A stretch of DNA of 64,000 bases from Haloarculaceae archaeon (lineage in GTDB: Archaea > Halobacteriota > Halobacteria > Halobacteriales > Haloarculaceae), in contig JBDGUH010000001.1 in the NCBI GenBank assembly GCA_042216055.1, positions 2,213-66,212 on the forward strand, given 5' to 3'. The notes beneath the pieces are model-generated. The model worked only from the letters and a program-made list of their open reading frames with translations, was not told the origin of the DNA and did no database searches. Shown here piece after piece: positions 45,513-54,353 of the stretch. Position 1 is the stretch's first letter. Every line of letters starts with the position of its first letter. The position numbers and the translations under genes were made by a program.

Positions 45513-45592
45513 TACGGATTCTTGTGACTCGTTACCGGTCCGACCGAACGCCGTCGTACGGTCGAGACGGGAGTGACTCGCAATAATTCGTA
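45513..45592. mobile_element. 80-nt palindromic MITE, copy C (flanked by TGA/TGA)
   Basis: TACGGATTCTTGTGAC...CGGTCGAGACGGGAGTGACTCGCAATAATTCGTA. Direct TGA repeats lie at 45510-45512 and 45593-45595. Confidence 0.85.
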
Positions 45593-45595
45593 TGA

Positions 45596-45611
45596 TACGG
45601 ATTCCTGGGAC
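45596..45611. repeat. Solo MITE left-end fragment abutting copy C
   Basis: TACGGATTCCTGGGAC matches the left end of copy C (TACGGATTCTTGTGAC) at 14/16 positions. It starts right after the right-hand TGA. Confidence 0.5.
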
Positions 45612-45636
45612 TAGTGGGCCCGTTTCGCGGTTGCCG

Positions 45637-45894
45637 TCACTTCCGCAGGCCGTTGTAGAGTCGGGCGAACAGGTAGCCGCCGACGAGGCCGTCGAGGAAC
45701 GCCCATACGGCGCCGGCGACCAGGCCGGACAGGGACTCGTCGTACCCGCGATAGACGTCCGCGAGGAGTCGTTGCCACCGTCGTCCCCATCCGATTCGGG
45801 CCGTGATGCCGAGGACCACCACCGCACCGGACCAGAGGAGGGCACAGGCGACGCCGAACGCGCGACTGTCGAGGGAAGGTGTCTCGCTCGCCAT
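45637..45894 (-). CDS. Small membrane protein (2-3 TM)
   Basis: ATG 45894. Hydrophobic segments AFGVACALLWSGAVVVLGI and LVAGAVWAFLDGLVGGYLFA. Confidence 0.5.
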   Translation of the reverse strand: MASETPSLDSRAFGVACALLWSGAVVVLGITARIGWGRRWQRLLADVYRGYDESLSGLVAGAVWAFLDGLVGGYLFARLYNGLRK

Positions 45895-45946
45895 GCTCGA
45901 CAGTACGGTTCGGAGGTGCATAATACTCCGGTCGGGAGTCGCTACG

Positions 45947-46912
45947 TCAGGGTCGATTCCGTGACCCCCGGAGGCGACGGTAGAGTGGCCGGAACGCGAT
46001 GCGGCGGGCCGCTTCGGTGACGACGACCGTGGCAACCACGAGCAGCGTCCCGAGGACGAGAAGCGCCTGGGCGGGCGAGAGGCCGGCCGCGAGAAGGGCC
46101 CGCGGGTCGTTCCACACCCAGGTGATCGCCGCGAACGACTCGTCGGGGAGGCTGACCGCGCTGCTGAGGACCAGGAGACCGGCCGCGATGCCGACCATCC
46201 GCACGACGGTGACGGCGTAGTGCTTCGCGCGTCCCGGGTGCTCGCGGATCCACCGACGACGCCACCAGAGGATGGCCCCGACGAGACACAGGAGGGCGAT
46301 CTCGATAGCGACGACCTGGGGATGGGTTTCGACGTACTGGAGATTCACCAGCAGGACGGCCGCGATCCCCTGGAGGGCGGTGCGGACGACCGACCCGGAA
46401 CGCTCCCCGGCGTACACGAGGTAGGTCAGCGCGACGTTGAACAGGAGCGACCCCGCCGCCGAGTAGATCACGAACCGCCGCAGGTCCATGCCCGCCGCGC
46501 CCGCCGGGACGGAGATGAGCGACCGGACGACCGGGAGCAGACGCCCCCAGAAGACACTCGTCTCGCCCCACCGCCGGAACCACCGTTGCCACCGATCGAG
46601 ACTCGACTCGGAGACGTGGACGTACCGCCCGTACCGCTCGAGCAGGCGCGTGCTGTTCTCGCCGAAGACGCGGTAGGCCACGACGCTCCCGACCGTCGCC
46701 CCGGCGGTCGCGACGACGACGAACGCGAGGAAGGTGAGCGGCCCCCGGACCAGCAGCGCGGCCGCGAACGGCACGACGACCTCGCTCGGGACGAAGTGCA
46801 AGAGCAGCGAGGTCTCGAGCAGCATGTACGCGAACACGGCCACCAGTCCGTAGGCCCGGATCAGGTGCAGGACCGTCCGCTGGACGGCGTCGAGTGTCGC
46901 CGCGGGGGTCAT
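45947..46912 (-). CDS. DedA/SNARE-associated family membrane protein with extra C-terminal TM region
   Basis: The pattern FAYMLLETSLLLHFVPSEVVVPFAA...RWGETSVFWGRLLPVVRSLISVPAG is typical DedA. Confidence 0.7.
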   Translation of the reverse strand: MTPAATLDAVQRTVLHLIRAYGLVAVFAYMLLETSLLLHFVPSEVVVPFAAALLVRGPLTFLAFVVVATAGATVGSVVAYRVFGENSTRLLERYGRYVHVSESSLDRWQRWFRRWGETSVFWGRLLPVVRSLISVPAGAAGMDLRRFVIYSAAGSLLFNVALTYLVYAGERSGSVVRTALQGIAAVLLVNLQYVETHPQVVAIEIALLCLVGAILWWRRRWIREHPGRAKHYAVTVVRMVGIAAGLLVLSSAVSLPDESFAAITWVWNDPRALLAAGLSPAQALLVLGTLLVVATVVVTEAARRIAFRPLYRRLRGSRNRP

Positions 46913-47406
46913 CCGTGGGGGGCGTCGTCGCTGTGGTCGTCGCTCGTTGCGAACCGGAACCGGACCGCTGCGATGCCCCCGAACTGGTCAGTCGAGGCGC
47001 GCCGCCCGCCCCGAACTCCGAGCAGTCGGCCCATCGCCCGGTGTTGCTCGAAGTACTCACGGAGCGCGGTCGCCCGCTCGCGTCCCTCGAGCAGTTCGCC
47101 GGTCGCCGGCCGGGCGGTCCCCCGGTACCAGACGGTGCAGTCCCGCGGCGAGGCGAAGTTGTGCCACCAGATGCTCTCCCGCTCGGGGGTAACGACGATC
47201 AACACCCCCTCCCGTCGCGCGTACGCGACCGGCGTGGTGTAGCGCCGTCCCGTGTGTCGCCCCTCGTAGGAGAGCAAGGCGAGCCAGCGACTCGCGGGCC
47301 AGTGGAGCGGCGACCGGAGCAGCGCCCGGAACATCGGGTTGAACACCCGCTGCTCGGCCGCCCGCTGGAGCCCGGAGACCCGAACGCCGGCGCCGTCGGT
47401 ACCCAT
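46909..47406 (-). CDS. DUF385-like / deazaflavin-dependent nitroreductase-family protein
   Basis: FNPMFRALLRSPLHWP...LSYEGRHTGRRYTTPVAYARREGVLIVV...WWHNF resembles the split beta-barrel PNPOx-like family. Confidence 0.5.
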   Translation of the reverse strand: MGTDGAGVRVSGLQRAAEQRVFNPMFRALLRSPLHWPASRWLALLSYEGRHTGRRYTTPVAYARREGVLIVVTPERESIWWHNFASPRDCTVWYRGTARPATGELLEGRERATALREYFEQHRAMGRLLGVRGGRRASTDQFGGIAAVRFRFATSDDHSDDAPHG

Positions 47407-47433
47407 CACGTCGGGGTAGGGCGGCGAGGCTCG

Positions 47434-47484
47434 TAAGTGGGGCGGTCACTCGCATCGGACAGGAGTGACTCGCACTGGTCCGTA
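47434..47484. mobile_element. Degenerate, internally deleted MITE copy D
   Basis: The right part GGAGTGACTCGCACTGGTCCGTA followed by TCA matches the MITE right end. The left part is poorly conserved and the central hairpin is missing. Confidence 0.4.
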
Positions 47485-47504
47485 TCAGAGGGTGAGGGCG
47501 TACA

Positions 47505-47711
47505 TCAACCCGATCCCCCCGAGGAACGCCCCCAGTTGGAGGCGAGGCCGACGACGAAGGCGGGGATCAGTCCCAGCAGGCGACCGACGACCGTATTGAT
47601 CAGCCCCAGGGCCGCGTACCCGGCGTGGGCGACGCCGTACTGGCGGTAGAGACGCCAGACCGGATGCGGGTCCCGCTGGTGGAGGGCGGAGGACGCCGCG
47701 TCGCGGACCAT
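47505..47711 (-). pseudogene. Possible N-terminal fragment of an ABC exporter permease
   Basis: HPVWRLYRQYGVAHAGYAALGLINTVVGRLLGLIPAFVVGLA resembles the first TM helix region of ABC exporter fusion proteins. The ORF stops after about 68 aa, 20 nt from MITE copy D. Confidence 0.3.
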
Positions 47712-47867
47712 GCCACCTGTTGGGGGCGGGACCGTATCACTCTGTGGACAGGCGGTGACAATAACACTGTTTGGGCCCGTATCGGGACGAACAGACCGAC
47801 GAGTGACGCCGGTCACATCCCCGCGAGTATCGTCTCACCCGCTGTCGCGAATGGAGACCCGCTACTG

Positions 47868-48950
47868 ATGCGCGAAGCCCCGCCGCCAACGACTGCAGAC
47901 CGTCCATCTGCCCCCGGCGATCGTGGACCTAAGCAGACGACTCGCCCCTCCTGGCTCCTGATCGTCGGCAGTCTCGCCGTCGCCCTCGTCCTGTTGGCCG
48001 TCCTCGTCTCCGTCGTCGGGGTCGGCGACGTGTTCGCCACGCTCGCCTCGGCGAACCGGGTCGCACTCGTCGGGCTTCTCGTCCTCGCGCTCCTGTGGAT
48101 ACTCGCCTGGGGCTATTCGCTGTTTCTGGTGCTCCGTGCGCTGGCCGTCCCCGCTTCGATCGCCCGCTCGTTTCTGCTGTACGCCGTGATGCTGTTCGTC
48201 GGCACTATCGTTCCGTTCTCGGTGATCGGCGCCGAGCCCATCGCGGCGATGATCGTCGCCCGCCGGGGCGGGACGACCTACGAACGGGGGCTCGCTGCGG
48301 TCGCGAGCGTCGGCGTCCTCAACTACCTGCCGGCGCCCGTCCTCGCGGTCGTCGGGCTGGCGTATTTCGTCGCCACGGCGACGCTCGGCCTCCGGACAGA
48401 ACTCTCCGTCCTCTCGCTGCTCGCCGTCACGCTGCTGGTGCTCGTCGCGGGCGTGCTCGCCTGGCGCTACCGACACCGCCTCTCGGTGGCGTTGCTCGCG
48501 GCGGTCACCGTGATCGAACGGCCCCTCGCACGTCGCCTCCCGGGCGTCCGGCTCCCGGATCCCGAACACCTCGCTTGCCGGGCCGAGGCGGTCGTCGAGT
48601 CGATCGACCGGATCGCCGCCGACCGGCGTCTCCTCCTCGTCGGGGCCTGCACGTCGGTCGCCGGCTGGCTGTCGCTCGCGGTCGCGCTCTGGCTGTCGCT
48701 GTGGGCCGTCGGCGCGGGGGTGACGCTCGGGTCGACCCTGTTCGTCGTCCCGCTGGCGACCGTCACCGACTTCGTCCCGCTCCCCGGCGGCGTCGGCAGC
48801 GTCGACGCGGCGCTGGTCCTCCTCGTCGTCGCTGCGACGGGTGTGCCGGCCGCGACGGCGACCGCCGCCGTCCTCGTCTACCGGGCCGCCACCCTGTTAC
48901 TCCCGCTGCTCGTCGGCGGCGTCGCCGCGCTGGCGCTACAGTTCACCTGA
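47868..48950 (+). CDS. UPF0104 / lysylphosphatidylglycerol-synthase-TM-region-like (flippase-like) membrane protein
   Basis: About 8 TM helices, with LLVLALLWILAWGYSL...DFVPLPGGVGSVDAAL typical of this family. Start at ATG 47868. Confidence 0.6.
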   Translation: MREAPPPTTADRPSAPGDRGPKQTTRPSWLLIVGSLAVALVLLAVLVSVVGVGDVFATLASANRVALVGLLVLALLWILAWGYSLFLVLRALAVPASIARSFLLYAVMLFVGTIVPFSVIGAEPIAAMIVARRGGTTYERGLAAVASVGVLNYLPAPVLAVVGLAYFVATATLGLRTELSVLSLLAVTLLVLVAGVLAWRYRHRLSVALLAAVTVIERPLARRLPGVRLPDPEHLACRAEAVVESIDRIAADRRLLLVGACTSVAGWLSLAVALWLSLWAVGAGVTLGSTLFVVPLATVTDFVPLPGGVGSVDAALVLLVVAATGVPAATATAAVLVYRAATLLLPLLVGGVAALALQFT

Positions 48951-49024
48951 TTCCCGAATCGGACGCGCGACCCGTCGAGCGAGGGCCGGCGAACTACTTT
49001 GAACGCTCCCGTCGAACCTGGCGT

Positions 49025-49990
49025 ATGCGCCGCGATAGCCCTCCACACGGAGAGCGCGGTGAATCCGTCGACGGGTACGACGTGACGACCTGGGAGCCCC
49101 GGACGCGCCTGGACCGGTTCTCGGTCGCCCTCGAGGGACTGCTGCGCGCACACGTCGGCGACTTCCTCGTCGCGCTCTCCCTGTTGCTCCTGCTCGTCCA
49201 GCTCGTCCTCGGCGGCTTCGTCCTGCTCAGGGAGCCCGGACTGGACGTGCTCACGGTCCTCTCCATCGTGCCGGCGTTCCTGCTTTTCGCCGGGATCTGG
49301 GCGCTCGATCCCACGGGGCACGAACCGCTCCGTCCGGTCGCGATCACGTTCCTGCTCGGCGTCCTGTTCGCCGGGTTCGCGGCGCTCCTGAACACGGCGC
49401 TGCGACCGGGCTTCCAGTTGCTCCCGATCGTGGGGCTGGGACTGTTCTTCTTTCTCGTCGTCGGCCCCCTCGAAGAGTCGGTCAAGGTGCTCGCGGTCCG
49501 TGTCGGGGCCTACCGGAGCCCCTCGTTCGATTCGGTGATCGACGGGATGGTGTACGGAGCGGCCGCGGGGCTCGGGTTCGCGACCATCGAGAACTCGGTG
49601 TACATCACCCGCGAGTTCCTCGCGGTCGCCCAACCGGGGTCGGTGATCGCCACGCCCGATCAGGTGCGAGCGGCGATCGCGACGGCCGCCCAGCGCTCCT
49701 TCGTCGGCCCCGGACACGTCCTGTACTCCTCGATCTCGGGCTACTATCTCGGTCTCGCGAAGTTCAATCCGGAGCGGTTCGGCCCCATCGTCCTCAAGGG
49801 CGTGCTCATCGCCGCGTTCGCCCACGCAGTCTACGACGCGATCGCCGGGTACGCCGGCCTCGCGGGCCTCGCGTTCGTGGTCTACGTCGTCCTCTTCGAC
49901 GGGGTCGTCCTCGCCTACCTGTATCGGAAGCTGACGCGCTATCGCCGGGTCGCCGCCCCGGCCAGTGGCAGCGAGGGGTCGGGCGCGTGA
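49025..49990 (+). CDS. PrsW-family intramembrane protease
   Basis: Motifs GPLEESVK, GLGFATIEN and FAHAVYD in a multi-pass membrane protein. Start at ATG 49025. Confidence 0.75.
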   Translation: MRRDSPPHGERGESVDGYDVTTWEPRTRLDRFSVALEGLLRAHVGDFLVALSLLLLLVQLVLGGFVLLREPGLDVLTVLSIVPAFLLFAGIWALDPTGHEPLRPVAITFLLGVLFAGFAALLNTALRPGFQLLPIVGLGLFFFLVVGPLEESVKVLAVRVGAYRSPSFDSVIDGMVYGAAAGLGFATIENSVYITREFLAVAQPGSVIATPDQVRAAIATAAQRSFVGPGHVLYSSISGYYLGLAKFNPERFGPIVLKGVLIAAFAHAVYDAIAGYAGLAGLAFVVYVVLFDGVVLAYLYRKLTRYRRVAAPASGSEGSGA

Positions 49991-50068
49991 ACGCCCGCAC
50001 CGAACGGGACCCCGCGGGTCGCCGAGCCGTGCCATAGCTTTATCAGCGCCCCGCCGCTCGCGGCGACC

Positions 50069-51298
50069 ATGGAAATCGCAGAGGTCGAGGTGATACCGGT
50101 CGCGCACCGCGAACCGCCGCTGCGCAACTCCTGGGGCGCACACAGCGAACTCGCGGCCCGGACGCTCGTCCGCCTGACGACCCGGGACGGCCTCGTGGGG
50201 ATCAGCGAGACGTACGGCGACCCCGACGTCGTCCGGACGCTCAGGGGCGCGACGGACCTGCTGGAGGGCGCGAACCCCCACGAGCGTCGCCCCCTCCGCC
50301 TGCGCCTGCAGGACGACATGGCCTACGGCGCGCTAGAGGTGGCGATGTACGACCTGCTGGGCAAGGAGGCCGGCGAACCCGTCCACGCGCTGCTGGGCGG
50401 GCAGGTCCGCGACGAGGTGGAGTACTCGGGCTATCTGTTCTACAAGGGGGCCGACTCGGACCCGGAGACGGCCGCCATCACGCCACAGGAGGTACTGAGC
50501 CCCGAGGCGATGGTCGAGGAGGCCCGCGAGTTCCGCGAGAAACACGGCTTCGAGGTGCTGAAGCTGAAAGGCGGCGTGCTCCCGCCCGAGGAGGAACTGC
50601 GCACCCTCGAGTTGCTCGCCGCGGAGTTCGGCCGGGACACGCCGCTGCGCATCGACCCCAACGGCGCCTGGAGCGTCGAGACGGCCATCGATCTGGCGAA
50701 GCAACTCCGCGAGATGGACCTGCGCCTCGAGTTCCTCGAGGACCCCGTGCCGTCGATGCACGCCCACGCGAAGCTGAAGCGCCACGTCGATTACCCTGTG
50801 GCGACCAACATGTTCGTCACCGACTTCGACGCGGTGGCGCCCGCGATGGACCCGCCGGCCGTCGACGTCATCCTCTCCGATCACCACTACTGGGGGGGCT
50901 TCGACGGCAACCTCCAGCTAGATCAGGTGGCGCGCACGTTCGACCTCGGGGTGGGGATGCACTCGAACTCCCACCTGGGCGTGAGCATGGCCGCGATGAC
51001 CCACGTCGCGGCGGCGATGCCGGCGGTCCGGTACGCCTGTGACACCCACTACCCGTGGATGGCCGACGACGTGATCGCGGACCCGCCGGTCGAGATCAGC
51101 GACGGCACCGTCGACGTCCCCGACGACCCGGGCCTGGGCGTCGAACTCGACGAGGACCGCGTCGAGCGGATGCACGAGCGCTTCGAGGACAGCGAGACGC
51201 TCGGGTACTCCTCGGTGGGGTCGATGGCCGCCGCCTACGCCGACGCGATGGACGACCAGCGCGAGGGGCTGTGGCTGCCGGACAAGCCCATCTGGTAG
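50069..51298 (+). CDS. Enolase-superfamily enzyme (mandelate racemase / glucarate-dehydratase-like)
   Basis: N-terminal capping domain (VIPVAHREPPL...VGISETYGD). Barrel with LKLKGG, RIDPNGAW and LEDP metal-ligand blocks. Confidence 0.75.
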   Translation: MEIAEVEVIPVAHREPPLRNSWGAHSELAARTLVRLTTRDGLVGISETYGDPDVVRTLRGATDLLEGANPHERRPLRLRLQDDMAYGALEVAMYDLLGKEAGEPVHALLGGQVRDEVEYSGYLFYKGADSDPETAAITPQEVLSPEAMVEEAREFREKHGFEVLKLKGGVLPPEEELRTLELLAAEFGRDTPLRIDPNGAWSVETAIDLAKQLREMDLRLEFLEDPVPSMHAHAKLKRHVDYPVATNMFVTDFDAVAPAMDPPAVDVILSDHHYWGGFDGNLQLDQVARTFDLGVGMHSNSHLGVSMAAMTHVAAAMPAVRYACDTHYPWMADDVIADPPVEISDGTVDVPDDPGLGVELDEDRVERMHERFEDSETLGYSSVGSMAAAYADAMDDQREGLWLPDKPIW

Positions 51299-51306
51299 CC
51301 GCGGCG

Positions 51307-51915
51307 CTAGCGGTCCCGTTCGTCCAGATTCGGCAGGCTGCCCGCGTACTCCGCGTTCATCACCTGTATCGAGAAGATCCGCAGGCGGTCGTACAATTCT
51401 TGCTCGCTCTCGTAGGACACCACGGTCGCGTCCCAGCGCCGCGAGAGCGCGTCGATCATCGCGCTCCGGACGCCGGACTCGTGAACGAACACGACACGCT
51501 CCTCGGTCTGCCCTCCGAGGGCCTCAAGAACTGATCCCGTCTCGATCCCGACGCCGAGGTTCCTGCCGACCCGGGGCGCGACCAGGGCGACGACGTTGCT
51601 CGCCCGCGCGAAGCCGATGCTCTGGCTGGCGGCATCCATCTCCGCCAGCGGAACGTCGGCGTCGATGGCCAGAAACGCGTTGAGTCCGGCCTCCTCGCGC
51701 AGTCGGTCCCGCGTCCGTTCCAGCAGCGCCAGCACGTCCTCGTGTCGGTACTCCCCGACGGCGTCCGCGTCCCACTCGTCGATCGGTGCGTCCTCGACCG
51801 ACAGTTCGTCGGGGACCACGTCCGTCGGGTCGAACCCCTCGTAGGGCCCCATCAGATACACGAGAAACCGGCGGTACCGCACCGGATCGAGTGTCTCGAC
51901 GAGGTGGTCCCGCAT
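51307..51915 (-). CDS. Hypothetical protein with nucleoside-2-deoxyribosyltransferase-like (NDT/TIR-like Rossmannoid) motif pattern
   Basis: FLVYLMGPY near the N-terminus. SNVVALVAPRVGRNLGVGIETGSVLE resembles the NDT pattern (YLAGP ... D/S-x-vv-al ... G-t-x-x-E-x-G). The assignment is inferential. Confidence 0.35.
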   Translation of the reverse strand: MRDHLVETLDPVRYRRFLVYLMGPYEGFDPTDVVPDELSVEDAPIDEWDADAVGEYRHEDVLALLERTRDRLREEAGLNAFLAIDADVPLAEMDAASQSIGFARASNVVALVAPRVGRNLGVGIETGSVLEALGGQTEERVVFVHESGVRSAMIDALSRRWDATVVSYESEQELYDRLRIFSIQVMNAEYAGSLPNLDERDR

Positions 51916-52012
51916 GGCCGACGGGTTCGACCTGTCCACACTTAAGGTACGGTATTTTCAACAGTCACTGACTCGACAACGACTAAGTGCGACGACGCCG
52001 TTCGTCCACACG

Positions 52013-52408
52013 ATGGCAGACGCCACGGACCGGGACGGCGGGCGCCGCATCGAGTTGCCGGAGCCGTTGCTGCCGGAGGACAGCCTGCTCGACCTCTCGG
52101 AGTACCTGGCGATGCAGCGGACCATCGCCAACGAGACCCGGTTCCGTATCCTGCGGACGCTGTCGCGCAACGGCGATCTGAGCGCGACCCAGTTGCGCGA
52201 CGCGCTCGAGGTGCCGGCCAACAACCTCCACTATCATCTCGGGGAACTCGTCGACGCCGGCCTGATCCAGAACCGCAAGCGTTCCGAACCCGACAGGGAC
52301 GGCCTGTACTCGTACTACCGCGTGAGCCCGCTCGGGGAAGCGATGCTCGAACACGGGGTCGAGGAGTTGCTGCGCCGCGAGCGGGCGTTCCTGGAACGAT
52401 ACGCCTGA
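52013..52408 (+). CDS. ArsR-family winged-helix transcription regulator
   Basis: ANETRFRILRTLSRNGDLSATQLRDALEVPANNLHYHLGELVDAGLI. Start at ATG 52013. Confidence 0.75.
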   Translation: MADATDRDGGRRIELPEPLLPEDSLLDLSEYLAMQRTIANETRFRILRTLSRNGDLSATQLRDALEVPANNLHYHLGELVDAGLIQNRKRSEPDRDGLYSYYRVSPLGEAMLEHGVEELLRRERAFLERYA

Positions 52409-52438
52409 CGCTGCCCGCTGGACTCGTGACAGTCCCCA

Positions 52439-53263
52439 TCAAGCGGGCGGTTCGTCGTACTCGTGCCCACCGTCCAGCGGCCGGTAGCCGATCACCTCGC
52501 GTGCGTGTGAGATGTCGAACCACCGCCCGGCGTTGGCGCTGACGCCGTTGAACACGTCGAAGCCCGGTTCGTCGTAATCGAGACAGCAGGCCACCAGTTG
52601 CGCGAGGTCCCGCCGGGACTGCCAGAGCGCCTTCATCCGGCGGACAGTCGTGTGGTAGGCCTCGCTCCCGCGCTCGATCTCGTCCTCGGCGACCTGCCGC
52701 TCGGCGTCCCCGTAGGGGTGGTCCCATTCGGCCTCGCGGGTCGCGCCGATGCGCAGCGCGTGGAACTGCTCGATCCCGTCGTCGTACAGTTCGACGTACT
52801 GGCGGCCCAGGTGCTCCCCGAAGGCCTTGCTGGTCCCGTAGAAGGAGTCCGGCCGGACCGGGTCCGTGTGATCGAGTCGCAGCCCGAACCCGGGCTCGTA
52901 GATCTCGGGCCGGTAGTCGAGTTCGTACATGCCCTGCGTGTGATTCGAGGAGGCGAACACCACCTGCTCGACGCCGGCCTCGCGGGCGGCCCGCAGGACG
53001 TTCGCGGTGCCGACGACGTTGTCCTCGAGGATCTCCGGCCAGGGCGCCTCGACGACCGGGCGGGCCGCGAGGTGGACCACCGCGTCGACGCCGTCGAACG
53101 CGGGCCTGATCGCCTCGTAGTCGCTCACGTCGCCGACGTGGCTCTCGTAGCCGTCGTACGCCGCGGGCGGATCGGCCCTGTCGAGGAGGACGAACTCCCG
53201 GTCCAGGTGATCGAGGATGGCGGTGCCGACCCGGCCGTAGGCCCCGGTGACGAGAACGCGCAT
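52439..53263 (-). CDS. NAD-dependent epimerase/dehydratase family protein
   Basis: MRVLVTGAYGRVG (Rossmann) and YGTSKAFGE (YxxxK). Confidence 0.8.
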   Translation of the reverse strand: MRVLVTGAYGRVGTAILDHLDREFVLLDRADPPAAYDGYESHVGDVSDYEAIRPAFDGVDAVVHLAARPVVEAPWPEILEDNVVGTANVLRAAREAGVEQVVFASSNHTQGMYELDYRPEIYEPGFGLRLDHTDPVRPDSFYGTSKAFGEHLGRQYVELYDDGIEQFHALRIGATREAEWDHPYGDAERQVAEDEIERGSEAYHTTVRRMKALWQSRRDLAQLVACCLDYDEPGFDVFNGVSANAGRWFDISHAREVIGYRPLDGGHEYDEPPA

Positions 53264-53327
53264 GGGTGGCCTGGGAGCGGCCCCCTCAAGAAGCTACCGT
53301 CCGGCGGGGCGACCGCTCGCGTCCGAA

Positions 53328-54248
53328 TCACAGCGACGCGTCGCGCACGGCGTCGATCCCGTCCTCGAGGCGTTCGCGGTCCGCGGGCGCGAGACCCACC
53401 AGCGGCGGCCGCACCGGTCCGCCGGCGGCGCCGACGTAGTCCAGCCCCTCCTTGACGACGGGGACGTTGTTGGCCGCCGCGAGATCGCCGTCGGGCCCGG
53501 ACTCCGCGCGCAGGTCCTCGAGGGGGCGCAGGAGGTCGCGGATCCGGCGGGCCCGTGCCCACTCGCCGTCAGCCAGCGCGTCCCGGAGCGCGAGCGTCGC
53601 ATCGGGGAGGACGTTGCCGATGCCGGTGGTGAACCCCGACGCTCCCTCGGCCGCGAACGCGGGGGCGTACCGCTCCGCGATGCCGTTGATCCAGGTGACC
53701 TCGCCCCCGTCGGCGACCGCGCCCGCGAACGCGGCGAGGTCGCCGTCGGCCCACTTCACGCCGACGACGTTCTCGTGGGTCGAGACCGCCGCGACGACCG
53801 ACGCCGGCAGGTCGTCGCCGCGCTTGTAGACGACCACCGGGAGCGCCGACCGATCGGCAATCCGCCGGTAGTACGTTTCGAGCCCCCGCTCGTGCTTGTA
53901 GGGGTGGGACGGGTGCATCACCATCACCGCGTCCGCGCCGGCGTCGCGGTAGGTGTCCGCGAGCGAGCAGACCGTGGCGACGTTCCCGCCCGCGCCCGCG
54001 ACCACGGCGGCGTCCGCGTCGACGGCCCCCGCGGTCGATTCCACGGCCGTCACCCGCTCGTCGTCGGTCAGCGCGTAGTACTCGCCCGTGTTGCCACAGG
54101 GGACGAACAGCCGGGCACCGGCCGCCGAGAGCCGCTCCGCGTTGCTCGCGACCGCTGCCGCGTCGACCGACTCGCCGTCCGCGGTGAACGGCGTGGGAGT
54201 GGTAAACGCCACGTCCGCCAGCGCCGACCGCAGTGCTGGGACATCCAT
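53328..54248 (-). CDS. DapA-family lyase (dihydrodipicolinate synthase / 5-dehydro-4-deoxyglucarate-dehydratase-like)
   Basis: TTPTPFTADG, CGNTGEYYALT, PVVVYKR, VVGVKWADG (Schiff-base Lys region). I chose ATG 54248 within a longer artefactual ORF. Confidence 0.7.
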   Translation of the reverse strand: MDVPALRSALADVAFTTPTPFTADGESVDAAAVASNAERLSAAGARLFVPCGNTGEYYALTDDERVTAVESTAGAVDADAAVVAGAGGNVATVCSLADTYRDAGADAVMVMHPSHPYKHERGLETYYRRIADRSALPVVVYKRGDDLPASVVAAVSTHENVVGVKWADGDLAAFAGAVADGGEVTWINGIAERYAPAFAAEGASGFTTGIGNVLPDATLALRDALADGEWARARRIRDLLRPLEDLRAESGPDGDLAAANNVPVVKEGLDYVGAAGGPVRPPLVGLAPADRERLEDGIDAVRDASL

Positions 54249-54353
54249 GCGACGGGACGAGGTCGGCGGCGGGTAAAAGGTTGCGGGCCGGCACAGCTTC
54301 AGGGGGCGAAACTCCGGGACCCCTTTATCCGGGCGGCGAGACGAGGGAGAGAC

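Noticed and set aside
43809-45845. Upstream two-thirds of the 1150-aa minus-strand ORF 42393..45845
   Set aside because: Only the last 471 codons (from ATG 43808) look like a real protein, a methyltransferase. The rest is Arg/Pro/Gly-rich and overlaps tyrA, the FAH-family gene and the MITE.
53247-54353. N-terminal 369 codons of plus-strand ORF 53247..55001 and the 562-aa minus-strand ORF extension 54249..55016
   Set aside because: Both are shadow frames. The real genes are the DapA-family gene (53328..54248, minus) and the SdpI-family gene (54354..55001, plus).
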